DNA of 64,000 nucleotides, from the NCBI GenBank assembly GCA_020350205.1, contig CP070707.1, positions 2,577,090-2,641,089 on the forward strand, read 5' to 3'. Position 1 is the stretch's first letter. Every line of letters starts with the position of its first letter. Under the pieces are notes generated by a model. That model had not been told where the DNA came from and did no database searches. It saw only the letters and a list, made by a program, of their open reading frames with translations. Origin of the DNA: a bacterium. GTDB lineage: Bacteria > Calditrichota > Calditrichia > RBG-13-44-9. A program made the translations under genes and the position numbers. Positions 25,717-35,727 of the stretch are shown piece after piece.

Positions 25717-27498
25717 ATGCTTAATAACTTTATTCACTCCCTGCCGGATCATCTAAAATATCTCATTATCCTGGTTGGGGTAGTGGTTTTGTTTATTTTT
25801 AGCCTCCTGCCCCCCAGTTTTTTATGGATTGCACTGAAGATCCTTTTATTTTTGGCTCTTCTCGCATTCACATTTCTTGTTTATCAGGATAGTTTTGAAG
25901 AATCCGATGAGGGTGACTCTGAACACGATTTTGCGGATATTGGAGATAGCAAACAGGACTGGTTACAGATCGAAAATGATCAGGATGTGGAAGATCTATT
26001 TCAAAAATTTCTTGATAGTTCTCTTAAGCTGATCAAAAAAGTACTGGTATCTAATACCGTTACCCTTCTGTTTGCAAATTACAAGAAAAAAGAATTCACG
26101 GTCCGACATTGTGTAACCGATCATCCGGACCAGCTTATATCTCAAAACGCGATCGATATTTACAAGGGCCTACCGAGTATTGTCTTGCGTAATCGTGTTG
26201 CTCTTATTGAAAATCATTTACCTGAGGCTCAGGAGATCATCCCCTATTACAAGCAGAATGAAAATCCTTCCAGTTCATTTGCCGCAGTCCCCATATATTA
26301 CAAGGATTATATTATAGGGGTCCTCTGTACTGACAGTACGGTGCAGGAGGCCTATAGTAATGATGATCTGGAAATTCTGAAATATTTTGCAAATTTAATA
26401 ACGGTACAAATTTTTGGAAGTAATAAACTATACGAATATGAATCAGAAAACTGGCTGGCGAATATTTTATTCGAAGTCAGTCAGGAAATGAACAAAATAC
26501 AATCCGTAGATGAACTCTGGGGATATTTGTTACGTAAGTTACCCGACATTATTGGATGTGACCGAATATCCATTTCGAAAAAAATAGATGCAAAAAAGGG
26601 TGAAATTTTAGCGGTCAGTGGCGGTACGGGCAATCTGAAAAGCGGGAGACAGTTCAGCATCGAGGAAGGAATCGTGGGCTGGGTTATTCGGAAGAACCAA
26701 ACTCTTTTGGTGGATGATTTTTCGACAAAAGAAAATTATGTTCCCCGTTTCAACGCATCGGAGACTCCTGCGAAAGAATATTTGTCTTTGCTGGCACTCC
26801 CGGTTGCAATCGATAAGTCGAGTATTGCAGTGATTTGTCTGGAAAGTTACCGTCCGCGTAATTTTAAGGAACAGCATAAGCGGATTCTTCAAACCATTTG
26901 TAATCAAGCTGCGAATATGTACCTGACTACTCAAACTTTAGACAGCCTGAAACTCATGAACTATCGGGATATGGACACCCAGTTGGAAAACATAAATGCC
27001 TTTAAGTTTATAATACCCAAAGAAATTCGCCGGGCATCCAAGCTTAAATATGAGAATGGATTGTTATTTCTGAAACTTTATTTTCAGATGAAAGAAAAGG
27101 ACGATGAAATTTATCGAAAAACCATAAAAGAGTTTTTATCTTTGTTGTTGCCAAACCTTTCTCATTCTGATTATATTTTCCGTCTTTTTCCGGAGACCTT
27201 TGCAATTCTGATATCACCCCTGGATGGGGTGACGGTGAAAGAGGTGGCGCAGAAACTCTTGGACAAGGTTGCAGAGAAGAAGGTTTGGGGAGATGGACAA
27301 ATTTATGATTTTTATATCAGTATGGGTATTATTCCCCAGCCACATATTTCAGTGAATGTGGAACAGGTTTTACAAATTGGCGAAGAGTCAATTAAGCAGT
27401 CAAGATTGAAAGGCCCGAATCAAATTGTAGTTTATCAGGAAATTTCTATTGACTCACGGGATAATGGAGAACAATTAAGTATTTTAGATGAAACCTAA
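25717..27498 (+). CDS. Membrane-anchored signalling protein: 2 TM + acidic linker + two GAF-like domains + degenerate GGDEF-like C-terminal domain
   Basis: N-terminal hydrophobic helices. GAF-like blocks (IGVLCTD..., IAVICLES...). The C-terminal RLFPETFAIL aligns to RYGGEEFxIL of GGDEF domains with the GG(D/E)EF motif replaced by FPET. Confidence 0.55.
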   Translation: MLNNFIHSLPDHLKYLIILVGVVVLFIFSLLPPSFLWIALKILLFLALLAFTFLVYQDSFEESDEGDSEHDFADIGDSKQDWLQIENDQDVEDLFQKFLDSSLKLIKKVLVSNTVTLLFANYKKKEFTVRHCVTDHPDQLISQNAIDIYKGLPSIVLRNRVALIENHLPEAQEIIPYYKQNENPSSSFAAVPIYYKDYIIGVLCTDSTVQEAYSNDDLEILKYFANLITVQIFGSNKLYEYESENWLANILFEVSQEMNKIQSVDELWGYLLRKLPDIIGCDRISISKKIDAKKGEILAVSGGTGNLKSGRQFSIEEGIVGWVIRKNQTLLVDDFSTKENYVPRFNASETPAKEYLSLLALPVAIDKSSIAVICLESYRPRNFKEQHKRILQTICNQAANMYLTTQTLDSLKLMNYRDMDTQLENINAFKFIIPKEIRRASKLKYENGLLFLKLYFQMKEKDDEIYRKTIKEFLSLLLPNLSHSDYIFRLFPETFAILISPLDGVTVKEVAQKLLDKVAEKKVWGDGQIYDFYISMGIIPQPHISVNVEQVLQIGEESIKQSRLKGPNQIVVYQEISIDSRDNGEQLSILDET

Positions 27499-27545
27499 GT
27501 TGTGAATAAAAGTATGACATATGATATATACAGGGAGATTTAACA

Positions 27546-27740
27546 ATGGCTAAAAAACAAGATTTTGCCTCGAAAGTTGCCAAAGCACAAAAATCAGGAG
27601 ATACCTGTCCGGTATGTGGGGATGTTTATAGTTATGTAAAAAAAGAACAGGCATATTTCTCTGATGCATCCCAGAGCTGGAAATATGAAATGAAAAACCA
27701 TAAATTGTGCAAGTGTAACGAGAAAGAGATATTAGGGTGA
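27546..27740 (+). CDS. Small zinc-ribbon protein (CxxC...CxC)
   Basis: 64 aa with CPVCG and CKC Cys pairs, followed by a strong terminator. Confidence 0.4.
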   Translation: MAKKQDFASKVAKAQKSGDTCPVCGDVYSYVKKEQAYFSDASQSWKYEMKNHKLCKCNEKEILG

Positions 27741-27761
27741 CGAGATGAGCCTGTCTCATGA

Positions 27762-27794
27762 AGCCCGGTTGCTGTTGTAACCGGGCTTTTTTTA
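27762..27794. terminator. Rho-independent terminator between convergent genes
   Basis: AGCCCGGTT-gctgttgt-AACCGGGCT stem-loop followed by TTTTTTT. Confidence 0.7.
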
Positions 27795-27844
27795 TGCTTT
27801 TTCGGCAAATTGTTTCATAAGTTGACGAACGATTTTTTTAAAGA

Positions 27845-28324
27845 TCAGGCAAGTTCAATGATGCAATGGTCCCGAACAGTTCCCGCAAGTATGGTGAGCC
27901 TGAGGATGCTTGCCGGATATCCTCCTCGAGGCTGGGAAACGCTTCCCGGATTTATGAACAGAGTATCTTCAACCTTTTCGAAAACGGGACGATGGGTGTG
28001 ACCAAAAACAACTATGTCAGGAAACGAATTGTCCAGGCGGTTTCTTAGCTTCCCCCAAAAATTGTGAATATTTCCAATATTGTGTTGCATATATATCTGA
28101 AGATTTTCGATATTTAAACTGATTCGGGCCGGAAGCACACTGGAAAGCTTATATATATCGGTATTTCCATATACTGCCTGAGTGGGAGCAATGTGTTTTA
28201 GTTTCTGGAGTATGGGAGAATCTCCAATATCCCCTGCATGTAAAATAAGATCAACACCAGAAAAATGTGTTTTTATATCTTCTGGAAGACGGTTGTGTGT
28301 ATCGGAAAGAATTCCAATTTCCAT
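27845..28324 (-). CDS. YfcE/MJ0936-family metallophosphoesterase
   Basis: Calcineurin-like motifs DTH, GD, GNTD, GHTH in the canonical order. About 159 aa. Confidence 0.8.
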   Translation of the reverse strand: MEIGILSDTHNRLPEDIKTHFSGVDLILHAGDIGDSPILQKLKHIAPTQAVYGNTDIYKLSSVLPARISLNIENLQIYMQHNIGNIHNFWGKLRNRLDNSFPDIVVFGHTHRPVFEKVEDTLFINPGSVSQPRGGYPASILRLTILAGTVRDHCIIELA

Positions 28325-28432
28325 AGCTCTTTGGCGGTTAAATTTTTCAATAATATAGGATGAATGGAGAAATAAGACAAGGCGGATATATTTAACTGGA
28401 TCAGTAATTTAACTTATTTTGAGGGAGGTTAT

Positions 28433-29389
28433 ATGGTGGTCCGAGGATTAAAACAGTGTCAGGTGGGAGAAGTATTTGATGGGTATTGTATCATCCGGAA
28501 GAAGGAGTTGAAGTATAAGAAAGATGGTAGTCCTTATCTCAAAATGGAACTGGGGGATTCGACAGGACGGTTAATTGGAAAGATCTGGAATAAAACACAG
28601 GAAAGATGGAAGGTTCTGAAGGTAGGACAGGTTGTGAAGATAAGAGGGAAGATATGTTTGTATGGCCAATACAAGCAGATTAATATCGATCAGGTCTCGC
28701 CCGAGCGGAAGAACGAAACCTTTATCAGAAAGAATTTATTGCCTGTAAGTCAGAAAAGTATTGAAGCATTAAGAAGAAAGTTTTGTGAACACCAAGAGTC
28801 CATAAAAAACAGACATCTAAAAAATCTATTGACTGATATTTTTTCTGATGCCGGCTTTCTGGAAACATATCTTCAAATGCCATCAGGAAAACTCTGGCAT
28901 CACCACTATCTGTATGGTACGCTTGAGCATGTCGTCTGTCTGCTGGACCTATCGGATATTATGGCAACACACTATCCGCTCATCAATCTGGATCTGTTAA
29001 AGGCAGGTATCTTTTTACGCTTTCTTGGAAAAATCGATGAATTTGAGCAGGATGGCTTCATTAATTATTCCGGGAAGGGACGTCTTTTTGGGGGTGCAAT
29101 TTTAAGTGTTCATCATCTGAATCAACATATGACACAGCAGGAAGATTTTCCTGAGGAACTTAAACTTCAACTTACACATCTTCTGCTGAGTAATGAATCA
29201 GGGGCGCATGAAAAATCACCGGTACAGCCTATGACCAGGGAGGCAATTTCTTTAAAAAATTTAATCCGGCTTGATATTGAAGCGAATGCAGTTGAACGGA
29301 TAATTCAGTATGATTACGTTGAGAATAGCGATTGGACCAAATTCAATCCGTTGTTAAATCGATTTATTTATTGTAAACGGGTCGATTGA
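28433..29389 (+). CDS. OB-fold + HD-domain protein, 3'-5' exoribonuclease YhaM-like
   Basis: N-terminal OB-fold segment, then an HD motif region (HHHYLYGTLEHV). Length about 318 aa, as in YhaM. Confidence 0.6.
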   Translation: MVVRGLKQCQVGEVFDGYCIIRKKELKYKKDGSPYLKMELGDSTGRLIGKIWNKTQERWKVLKVGQVVKIRGKICLYGQYKQINIDQVSPERKNETFIRKNLLPVSQKSIEALRRKFCEHQESIKNRHLKNLLTDIFSDAGFLETYLQMPSGKLWHHHYLYGTLEHVVCLLDLSDIMATHYPLINLDLLKAGIFLRFLGKIDEFEQDGFINYSGKGRLFGGAILSVHHLNQHMTQQEDFPEELKLQLTHLLLSNESGAHEKSPVQPMTREAISLKNLIRLDIEANAVERIIQYDYVENSDWTKFNPLLNRFIYCKRVD

Positions 29390-29405
29390 TATAACGTTAT
29401 CCGGA

Positions 29406-29780
29406 TCAGTTGATGTACATACTGCGGAAAGTCATCCATCTCTCCACCAGATGTCGGAAATTTTTTATTTTAAACGGTTCCACCAGATAATCCACATAGG
29501 GAAGGTGGTGGAATCGATTCAGAATTTCCCGGGAACCCGGAGCCGAAATAAGAATCACGGGTATTTTATGAACGTGCTTATTGTTTTTAAAACTATCTAA
29601 TAATTCGATATGGGATGGATTATTTACATTCACAATAATGAGGGATGGTTTAATATCCTTCATTTTTTCAGGAGGAAGTGGCTGGTCTGTATTTAAAAAA
29701 GTCTTATACCGATAGGTTTTAAGTAACTCTTGTATCAGTTTAGCTCGGTCCTGTGTATTTTCATAAACAACGACTCGCAT
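29406..29780 (-). CDS. Stand-alone receiver-like (pseudo-receiver) domain protein
   Basis: CheY-like fold pattern (MRVVVYEN..., SLIIVNVNNP, ...KIPVILISA) but the acidic pair and the phospho-acceptor Asp are replaced (YEN; LIIVNVNNP instead of LIIxDxxMP). Confidence 0.5.
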   Translation of the reverse strand: MRVVVYENTQDRAKLIQELLKTYRYKTFLNTDQPLPPEKMKDIKPSLIIVNVNNPSHIELLDSFKNNKHVHKIPVILISAPGSREILNRFHHLPYVDYLVEPFKIKNFRHLVERWMTFRSMYIN

Positions 29781-30005
29781 AACATGCCCCTTCTTTAATA
29801 AATAGTTAACATTGCTACCACTTTTTCAGCTTAGAGATCAAATATCTTGCCAAATGAAATAAGGGGCTATACAATTGAAAACTATTGAATTAACCCAGAA
29901 TTAACCACTAAATTCAATATTATTATTGTGATATGCGAGTTTTCGGTGGGTTCGAATTGTATATTGTGCAATCCGGGTCAAATGCGATTGTATTATGTAC
30001 AATTA

Positions 30006-31352
30006 TTAATCCTGTAGTTTGCGCATCAAGGTTCGGTAGTTTACCTCAAGCAGTTTACAAGCCTCTTTTTTGTTGCCTCCTTTTTGTTCCAGAACCATCC
30101 GGGTATATATTTGGGAAACTTCCTCCAGAGTAAGTTCGTTGGCCAGGGCTTTGTCCAGAAAATTATCGGAGTGTTCAATGAGGTCGGGGGGAAGATCAGT
30201 GAGATCGATATGCTGACTGCCGGTAATGATCATTCGTTTGAGCAAATTTTCCAATTCCCGTACATTGCCTTCCCAGGGCAGATGGGAAAGAAAGGCGACG
30301 GTTCGGCTGGTAATCTTGGGCGGGATAAGATTATTCTCCTCAGAAAATTTTTCAACAATAAAATGAATCAGAGCCGGAATATCATCCGGTCTTTCTCGTA
30401 ACGGGGGGATGTGTATGGGAATCACATTAATGCGATAGTACAGGTCTTCCCTGAATTTTTTTTGCTCAATTAATTCAGGGATGATCTTGTTGGTGGCCGT
30501 CACGAGCCTGAAATCGCTTTTGAGCTCCTTTTCTCCTCCCAGTCGATAGAACCGTTTATTTTCCAAAACCCGCAGTAATTTGGCCTGTAATTCAAGAGGC
30601 ATCTCCCCAATTTCATCCAGAAAAACCAATCCCTGGTCTGCCAGTTCGAGCTTACCCCGGGTCGTTTTTATTGCTCCGGTAAAAGCCCCTTTTTCATACC
30701 CGAACATTTCGCTTTCCAGAAGGTTCGGTGGTAAGGCAGCGCAATTAATAGCCACAAAAGTAGCTCGATAATTTTTACTTTGATTAAAGATATGCCGGGC
30801 GATGACCTCTTTGCCGACACCAGACTCTCCACTGATCAAGATGGGTTCGTTACTGTCCTTTATTTTTTCGATTAATGCCAGAATTTTCTGCATCGATTGA
30901 CTGACAGAAACGATATTGTCATAATGAAGGCTGCCCTTCAAGCGCGAACGTAAGTCGTTATTCTCTCTTTCCAGCTTGAGCATGCGTAAAGCCTGTTTGA
31001 TGAGAAAGGGAAGTTCCTCTTCAATGTTTTCACCCTTGGAAAAATATGAATAAGCACCGCGTCGTTGAGCCTCCAGGGCATATTCATAGTCTTTAAAGGA
31101 AGTGACGACAATTATTTTTGCATCGGATCCCTGTTTTATCAGGTTGTCTAAAAGTAAAAATCCATCCTCAATTTGTGGGAGTCCAAGATCCAAGATGATA
31201 AGATCCGGATGAAAGTCTTCTGCCATTTCCAGGGCTTCGGTTTTATTAAAGGCAAGTTTTAAGTCGTAGGTGTCTTCGCTTATCCAGCGGCGATAACTTT
31301 CTGCCCACATAACATTATCTTCGATAATCAGAATTTTTCTGGGGTCATCCAT
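30006..31352 (-). CDS. Sigma-54-dependent response regulator (NtrC family: REC + AAA+ + Fis-type HTH)
   Basis: REC with DLIILDLGLP. Sigma54 activator motifs GESGVGKE, GAFTGA, and an ESELFGHEKGAFTGA-like segment. C-terminal HTH. Confidence 0.9.
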   Translation of the reverse strand: MDDPRKILIIEDNVMWAESYRRWISEDTYDLKLAFNKTEALEMAEDFHPDLIILDLGLPQIEDGFLLLDNLIKQGSDAKIIVVTSFKDYEYALEAQRRGAYSYFSKGENIEEELPFLIKQALRMLKLERENNDLRSRLKGSLHYDNIVSVSQSMQKILALIEKIKDSNEPILISGESGVGKEVIARHIFNQSKNYRATFVAINCAALPPNLLESEMFGYEKGAFTGAIKTTRGKLELADQGLVFLDEIGEMPLELQAKLLRVLENKRFYRLGGEKELKSDFRLVTATNKIIPELIEQKKFREDLYYRINVIPIHIPPLRERPDDIPALIHFIVEKFSEENNLIPPKITSRTVAFLSHLPWEGNVRELENLLKRMIITGSQHIDLTDLPPDLIEHSDNFLDKALANELTLEEVSQIYTRMVLEQKGGNKKEACKLLEVNYRTLMRKLQD

Positions 31353-31361
31353 GTAAAAATC

Positions 31362-33377
31362 CTATCTTAAATATGGTAAACGAATATTGAATATTGTTCC
31401 CTTACCCAATTTGCTGGTGACGTCAATGAAACCTTTGTGGCTGGTGATAATCTGTTTCACAATAGCGAGACCCATCCCGCTTCCCCCCTCCTTTTTACGG
31501 GTCGTAAAAAAGGGGTCGAATATCTTTTCCAAAAATTCTTCCGGTATCCCCTCTCCATCGTCTAAAATCTCAATGTATAACCAGGTATTTCGGCGGAAAT
31601 TGGAAAGAGGCCGCAGGGGGCGGGTTGATATTTTCAGTCTACCACGCTTCTGTTGGATGGACTTCACACTGTTTTCGAATAGATTTAAGAAGACGCGGCG
31701 CATCTGGTCCACATCCACGCTTATCTGCGGTACGCTTTCCGAGAAATGTTTCTCAATCATAATATGGGGAGGCAAATCAATCATATCGAGTGTCATATCG
31801 ACGAGTTGATTTATGTTAATTTGTGTCAGTCGTAAATCCTTGGGACGGGCATAATTTAACAGATCTTTGACCATTTTCTCCATATAGGTTGCATGCTGAT
31901 GCAACTGTTCATTCCCCTTGGTCTGAAGTTTAACCAGAGTGATAAAAGATTGAAAATCATGGGCGAGCTGCGAGGCAACTATGCCAAGATCTGCCATTTT
32001 CTGAGATTGCACTACTTTTTGAATTTCCTGAATATTGGCGAAAGCTGATCCGGATTTTATGGAAAGAAATCTGGCAAATTTCTGGTCCTTTCTGGATAAC
32101 TGAAGCAGCTTTCTCTCTCCCCCCAGAAGAATCAACCCCAGTAAATCATTTTTGGATATCATCGGAATGGCCAGATATAATTGGTGCCGATCCATCAGTT
32201 GATACAGGGCTGAACTTGGAGAAAGTTCAAATTTGTCCAAGATAAGACGATTGAATTCAATGGTTTCTATAAAAGGAGAATTAGTCGCTGATAACAAGTT
32301 TTCTATCTCTTCTGGATTAAAACCGTTCAGGTAACTGATCTGGTATGGTTTCACGTCAAAGCGGGAGATGATGACAGCACATTTTTGACATTTGAGAACC
32401 TTGAGTGAAAGATCCCCAATGAACTGTGAGAGGGCTTGGTTGTCAATATATTTCTCGGACTCACTGAATAAGGTGACTAATTCATCTTCAAGATCGTATT
32501 CGGTTTCCAGGGTTTGCTCCTTGATGCGACGGACCGTAAATACATCGAATGCCCTGAAAATAAACAGTAATAGCAGTAAACAGGGTATAACCAGAAAAAA
32601 CATATAGTCCCTTACGGAAGGAAGAAAAATGGATAGCAGGAGGATATAAAATAAAGACAGCATAAAAAATAAAAGTGAGCGGGATACGCTATCATCGATC
32701 TCGATAATCTGAAATTTGATAGCAATGAAAAATATTGCGATACTCATCACAGGATAATTGAGCAGTATAACAGAATGGATAATTCCCCAAATGGGAAAAA
32801 GCTTCAGAATGGTAAACGACAAAATAACTGTGGGGAGTAAATAAATAAGCAGAAACTTAATATTCTCCATTTCATTTTGTCTTTTTTCAAATTGATATTT
32901 TACCAGAAAGGAGATCAGGATATAAGTGAATGCCGTATAAAAATAGATAATATACAACCAGTACAGAGAAGTATACAGCGGTAGGACCAACCCGTGTCCC
33001 CGCAGTGAGCCACCGATGGTTAGATCAAGAATGCCTAGAAGACTCAGGATTACACTCAAGCTGAAAAACACCACATTTTTTGCTGTCAATTTTGGAATTT
33101 GGTTTCCGGAAAGATAAGTTTCAGCAAGATATATTAGGATGGGTGGAATAAACACCTCAGTAACATAGTGAATTTTGAAAATTGTATCCGTGATGGCATT
33201 TGGGGTTTCAGCCAAAAAAAATAAAGCGGCGGTTTCTACCAGGGCAATTAAGACGTTTAGATAAATGAACAGGGGTGCAAGGATGGATAAAGCACGTTGT
33301 CTGTTGATGGTAAAGATGATCCAGACATGAAGCACGATGAAAAGTGCGAGCGTAAATCCTGTTAAGTTCCTAAACAT
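31362..33377 (-). CDS. Sensor histidine kinase with a polytopic (at least 7 TM) membrane sensor domain
   Basis: An N-terminal multi-helix hydrophobic region, a central GAF-like segment, an H-box (SQLAHDFQS) and an HATPase_c G-boxes (GSGMGLAIVKQII). 9 bp from the regulator gene. Confidence 0.8.
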   Translation of the reverse strand: MFRNLTGFTLALFIVLHVWIIFTINRQRALSILAPLFIYLNVLIALVETAALFFLAETPNAITDTIFKIHYVTEVFIPPILIYLAETYLSGNQIPKLTAKNVVFFSLSVILSLLGILDLTIGGSLRGHGLVLPLYTSLYWLYIIYFYTAFTYILISFLVKYQFEKRQNEMENIKFLLIYLLPTVILSFTILKLFPIWGIIHSVILLNYPVMSIAIFFIAIKFQIIEIDDSVSRSLLFFMLSLFYILLLSIFLPSVRDYMFFLVIPCLLLLLFIFRAFDVFTVRRIKEQTLETEYDLEDELVTLFSESEKYIDNQALSQFIGDLSLKVLKCQKCAVIISRFDVKPYQISYLNGFNPEEIENLLSATNSPFIETIEFNRLILDKFELSPSSALYQLMDRHQLYLAIPMISKNDLLGLILLGGERKLLQLSRKDQKFARFLSIKSGSAFANIQEIQKVVQSQKMADLGIVASQLAHDFQSFITLVKLQTKGNEQLHQHATYMEKMVKDLLNYARPKDLRLTQININQLVDMTLDMIDLPPHIMIEKHFSESVPQISVDVDQMRRVFLNLFENSVKSIQQKRGRLKISTRPLRPLSNFRRNTWLYIEILDDGEGIPEEFLEKIFDPFFTTRKKEGGSGMGLAIVKQIITSHKGFIDVTSKLGKGTIFNIRLPYLR

Positions 33378-33391
33378 GGTCCAGAGATTTT

Positions 33392-34162
33392 TTATTTAAA
33401 GTGTGTTTTAGACTCTTCCCACAACCGATCCATCTCCTCCAGGGAAGAATGATGAATAGATTTATTATGCTCTTTCAGCTTCTGCTCAATATATTGAAAG
33501 CGACCTATAAATTTATTAATCGTCGCCCGAAGGGCATCTTCTGCATTGAAATGATGGAATCTTGCCAGATTGACCAGGGAAAACAAAATATCTCCCAATT
33601 CATTTTCAAGTTCTTCAGGATTATTTTGGGATATTGCCAGTTCCAATTCCTGAATTTCCTCCTTTAGTTTCTCAAGGACTCCGCCTCCATCAGGCCAGTC
33701 GAAACCAACATTGGCGGCTTTATCCTGCAGCCGCTGGGCGCGTAATAAGGCACTCAAATGCCGAGGTACACCATCCAGTACAGATTGGCGGTTCTCTTCA
33801 CTAATTTTGATTTGCTCCCAGTTATTTTTTACTTCCTTGTCATCTGAAACTGTAATATCTCCAAAGACATGCGGATGCCTTCTGATCAGTTTTTCATTAA
33901 TATGCCGGATAACCTGCTCCAGATCAAATCGTTCCTTTTCCACGGCAATTTCCGCTTGAAAAACGATCTGCAAAAGCATATCCCCCAGCTCTTTCTTTAA
34001 TTCTCCCCAATTCTCATTATCGATTGCTTCAACCGTTTCATAAGCCTCTTCCAGGATATACTGGCGTAACGAATGTGGGGTCTGCTTCCTATCCCAGGGA
34101 CATTCCCGACGGAGTCGGTGCATGATAGAAAGCAGTTGTTCAAATTCCTCCTGAACAGCCAT
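33392..34162 (-). CDS. mazG: Nucleoside triphosphate pyrophosphohydrolase MazG
   Basis: EEFEQLLSIMHRLRRECPWDRKQT and a second EExxE repeat (ELGDILFSLVNLARF) typical of tandem MazG domains. The listed ORF extends to 34189. The start is chosen at MAVQEE. Confidence 0.85.
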   Translation of the reverse strand: MAVQEEFEQLLSIMHRLRRECPWDRKQTPHSLRQYILEEAYETVEAIDNENWGELKKELGDMLLQIVFQAEIAVEKERFDLEQVIRHINEKLIRRHPHVFGDITVSDDKEVKNNWEQIKISEENRQSVLDGVPRHLSALLRAQRLQDKAANVGFDWPDGGGVLEKLKEEIQELELAISQNNPEELENELGDILFSLVNLARFHHFNAEDALRATINKFIGRFQYIEQKLKEHNKSIHHSSLEEMDRLWEESKTHFK

Positions 34163-34469
34163 AAAAACTCCCGATTGTATTTTGTACAATTAAATTTAGG
34201 GTAAAGGAAATCAAAGGTAAACAGAAAATACATTTATCTTTAACATGGGTTGTTATGTATGTGAAAATAATCGATTGATGATTAAATTTAATAAAACAGA
34301 TTCAATAAATTCAAATTTAGAAAATGTGATATAACATAATAATTGTATTTATGAATATTTCGTAACTTTCTATATTATGTGACAATAAATATTTACTATT
34401 GGATAAAGAAAGTATCCAAGCTAAATTTATAACTTAATTTTTTTTAAAATGACAGTGATATAAACAAAT

Positions 34470-34889
34470 ATGGCAGATAGTAGACGAATTAATAGTCATA
34501 TAGAAGAAATTCTGCGGGATTATAAACACATAGCAGTGGTCGGTGTTTCAGATAAACCTAACCGAGATTCGCACTCTGTTGCTAAATTTATGATTCGTCA
34601 GGGGTATCAGGTCTACCCAGTCAATCCTAAGCTTCAAACCGTTCTGGATAATAAATGTTACCCGGATTTGCTCAGTATTCCGGCTAAGGTTGAACTGGTA
34701 GATATTTTTCGTAAACCAGAACAGGTGGAACCCATTATCGAACAGGCAATTGAGATCGGGGCTAAAGCAGTCTGGATGCAACTGGGGATTATCAACTATA
34801 ATGCGGCGGAAAAGGCGCTGAGGGCCGGTTTGTATGTGGTAATGGACAGATGCTGGAAAATAGAATATAGTAGGTTAGGGAATATATAA
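34470..34889 (+). CDS. CoA-binding domain protein (YccU-like)
   Basis: IAVVGVSDKPNRDSHSVAKFMIRQGYQVYPVNP Rossmann-like CoA-binding signature. About 139 aa. Confidence 0.8.
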   Translation: MADSRRINSHIEEILRDYKHIAVVGVSDKPNRDSHSVAKFMIRQGYQVYPVNPKLQTVLDNKCYPDLLSIPAKVELVDIFRKPEQVEPIIEQAIEIGAKAVWMQLGIINYNAAEKALRAGLYVVMDRCWKIEYSRLGNI

Positions 34890-35229
34890 ATTTAAAACAG
34901 CGAGGTAAGTTTGGTCAGTTTTATTCATCTGGGAATTTTCTTGGCGGGTATTTTAGTCTGGGCTGTGATTATGCCCCGGTTTAGCGAATCACTCTGACGA
35001 GTTGAAGGTAAGAGTTGCTCCGTGAAGAGCAAAAAGAATAATCTTTGATTTTCCATAAATGAGATTCTGTTATGATGCCCGAACGAATCTCGCAGGTTCG
35101 GCTCCCTTGCATGTATAAAATAATGAGTATTTCAGTCTGACTATCGTGTCATTCAAAATTTTTAAATTTGTTGTAACTTTTTGGTCTGATATTCAATCCA
35201 TATTATGATTGATGAATATAAAATGAGGG

Positions 35230-35448
35230 ATGAGCAAGATGCCCCTGTTCAAGTATCGATGTTTGGATTGTCAGACAAATTTTGAAGACCTGCTTCCGTT
35301 TTCACAGAGTCATGATGTGGAATGTCCAAATTGTAGTTCACATAATACTGAAAAATTAGTCACATCCTTTGCAACCCTGGGAAGTTCTTCTTCCTCCTCA
35401 ACCTCCTCTGTCAGTTCTTGTGGTTCTGGGAGGGGCGGTTTTACCTGA
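35230..35448 (+). CDS. FmdB family zinc-ribbon regulatory protein
   Basis: MPLFKYRCLDC...ECPNC with a Ser-rich tail. Likely start at 35239 (MPLFKY). Confidence 0.75.
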   Translation: MSKMPLFKYRCLDCQTNFEDLLPFSQSHDVECPNCSSHNTEKLVTSFATLGSSSSSSTSSVSSCGSGRGGFT

Positions 35449-35727
35449 GCATAATACCCGGGTAACAGTTTGTTACTCTTCCAGATGTTCTCATGTTTTA
35501 TCAAACCTTTCCTGAGAGTATGAATCAAACACCATTTTTATTCTATGATATTATTCTACTTGGGGTTTTTCCACTCAGAAGGGATTGAGTGACTCAGTAT
35601 AGGTAGACTGCTGAAACTTTATGATTTTTGAATAGGTTTGCCTTTCCTAAGGAATAAACCATCACATCTTAAAATTTATTAATACTCACCGTAATTCCCG
35701 CAAGGCAAAGGTGCAGAAAATATTTGC

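Noticed and set aside
29940-29975. tRNA-like GGGTTCGAAT T-arm motif in the gap between the pseudo-receiver and the sigma54 regulator genes
   Set aside because: The flanks cannot form an acceptor or T stem. No D-arm or anticodon arm could be drawn. I consider it coincidental.
34993-35035. Hammerhead-ribozyme-like CUGACGAG core in the 340-bp gap after the CoA-binding protein gene
   Set aside because: The CUGANGA box is present, but no GAAA(C) element follows a plausible stem II and no stem I or stem III pairing could be built. It is most likely a chance heptamer.
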